64,000 bases of DNA. Source: Glaucostegus cemiculus. Taxonomy: Eukaryota. How positions within the stretch are numbered: position 1 is the stretch's first letter; each line of letters opens with the position of its first letter. The position numbers were made by a program, and so were the translations under genes. The DNA lies in assembly GCA_976551045.1 (NCBI GenBank), contig CDPCPM010000025.1, positions 4,774,001-4,838,000 on the forward strand, in the 5' to 3' direction. Positions 62,800 through 64,000 of this stretch are shown in pieces. The notes beneath the pieces are model-generated. The model was not told the origin of the DNA. It ran no database searches and saw only the letters and a program-made list of their open reading frames with translations.

Positions 62800-64000
62800 C
62801 AGAGCAGCTGAGTTTACGAATCTAGAATTTAAAAATCAACTAGTCTTAGTAATAGTTAGCACAAAACTACCAATTTGTTGTAAGAACCCATCAAGTTCAC
62901 TAATGGCCTTCAGAGAAGAAAATCTGCCATCCATGGTGGACTGTCTTACATGGAATAGGCTGCCGGCGGAGATGGTGGTGGAGGCGGATATGTTAGGGTC
63001 TTTCAAGAGACTGTTGGATGGGTACATGGAGGTAAATAAGATAGAAGGCTATGGGTAAGCCTAATAGTGTGGGGACATGTCTGGCATAGCTTTGTGGGCC
63101 GAAGGGCCTGAATTGTGCTGGAGGTATCTATGTTCTATGTTCTATGTGATGCCACACCCTCAGCAATGGTGTATTTTAGCCACTCAAAATAGCTACCACA
63201 AAAACAGAAAGGGAATAAAATTGGACTGACCATATGGCTAGGCACCAAATTCAGAAACCTTGCATTGTTGTTCTCAAAAACATCAGGGGACAGGTGTCAA
63301 AACGGGGAGAGCTGTCCCACCGATTAGACAAAACAGCACCAGTAAACAGCTGTAGTCACAGATTCATATCAGAACCAACGCATCTGAGTCCTCCAACACA
63401 ATCCCTGAGTATGCTCTGTCTCACTGACAGGACAGAATTGCTGGAGGACGAAGCACAGTGGGCAACAGATTATGAGTGAATCAATATGGGAGATAAACCT
63501 ACTGGCTCTCAACCTTATTAATCTATCTGGTGAAGATACACCTGTCCATAATTGTCTTAGTAGAGATATCAACCATACAGTCCTTGTAGATACAAAATCT
63601 CATTACAAAGTCACATCAAAGACAACTCCTTTGAGTTTTGTGGCACAGTAGCTTATAACTGGGCATCCATGAGGCACAGTGGACAACCAATGGTGGAGAA
63701 AACACCACAATCAGTAATTTCATGACCCTGTCACTCTTCCATTACGATCAAGCCAGGGAATCAACCCATATAACCAGAAGTGCTGAATGAATGATCCAAC
63801 TCAGCTTCTTTTTGATATCCACACCATCACAGAAGCTAGCCAGTTCATTTCACCTGAAATTATGTCAAAAAAATGGCTGAAAGCACTAGATACTGCAGAA
63901 GCTATGAAAACACACATCATCTTGATTGCAGTCAGAAAGCGTGCATTGAGGAAAAAGTTGTCCTTCCAGCCAAGCTGTTCCAGTTCTGTAACATCATTGG
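62800..64000 (+). mobile_element. 5' part of an old CR1/L2-superclade LINE (5' UTR + APE endonuclease), containing a young CR1 3' insert at 62949-63146
   Basis: ORF 63234-63479 NIRGQVSKRGELSHRL resembles an APE N-terminus; the 5' UTR motif (ttcactaatg..cttcag..gaaaatctgccatcc) recurs at ~21430-21480, and a related upstream segment at ~45930-46060. Confidence 0.55.

Overview
AT-rich eukaryotic (vertebrate) genomic DNA dominated by transposable elements. The repeat repertoire (HE1/V-SINEs, CR1-type LINEs, Penelope-like elements, DeuSINE-like relics, Rex-Babar and RTE LINEs) points to a cartilaginous fish, probably a batoid; this is inference. No host protein-coding exon, rRNA, intact tRNA gene or CRISPR array could be supported. 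Almost all long ORFs are decayed retroelement ORFs or their antisense shadows. Main elements: two CsRN1-clade Ty3/Gypsy retrotransposons (a partial copy at 1-3111 and a full-length, decayed copy at 52192-56439 with tRNA-Trp PBS, CHCC gag motif, -1 frameshift signal and 4-bp TSD), a near-full-length Rex-Babar LINE (12826-15823), many CR1 fragments, two solo LTRs and a Tigger/pogo-like MITE. The most unusual structures are (i) a solo LTR integrated together with a 39-nt copy of mature tRNA-Pro (including CCA) inside the TSD, (ii) a ~745-bp palindrome whose arms are nearly identical near the centre and more diverged outwards, (iii) a perfect 32-bp-stem hairpin, and (iv) V-SINEs with the same head but different LINE-like tails. 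Family names come from recalled motifs, and coordinates and mismatch counts were read by eye, so all are approximate.
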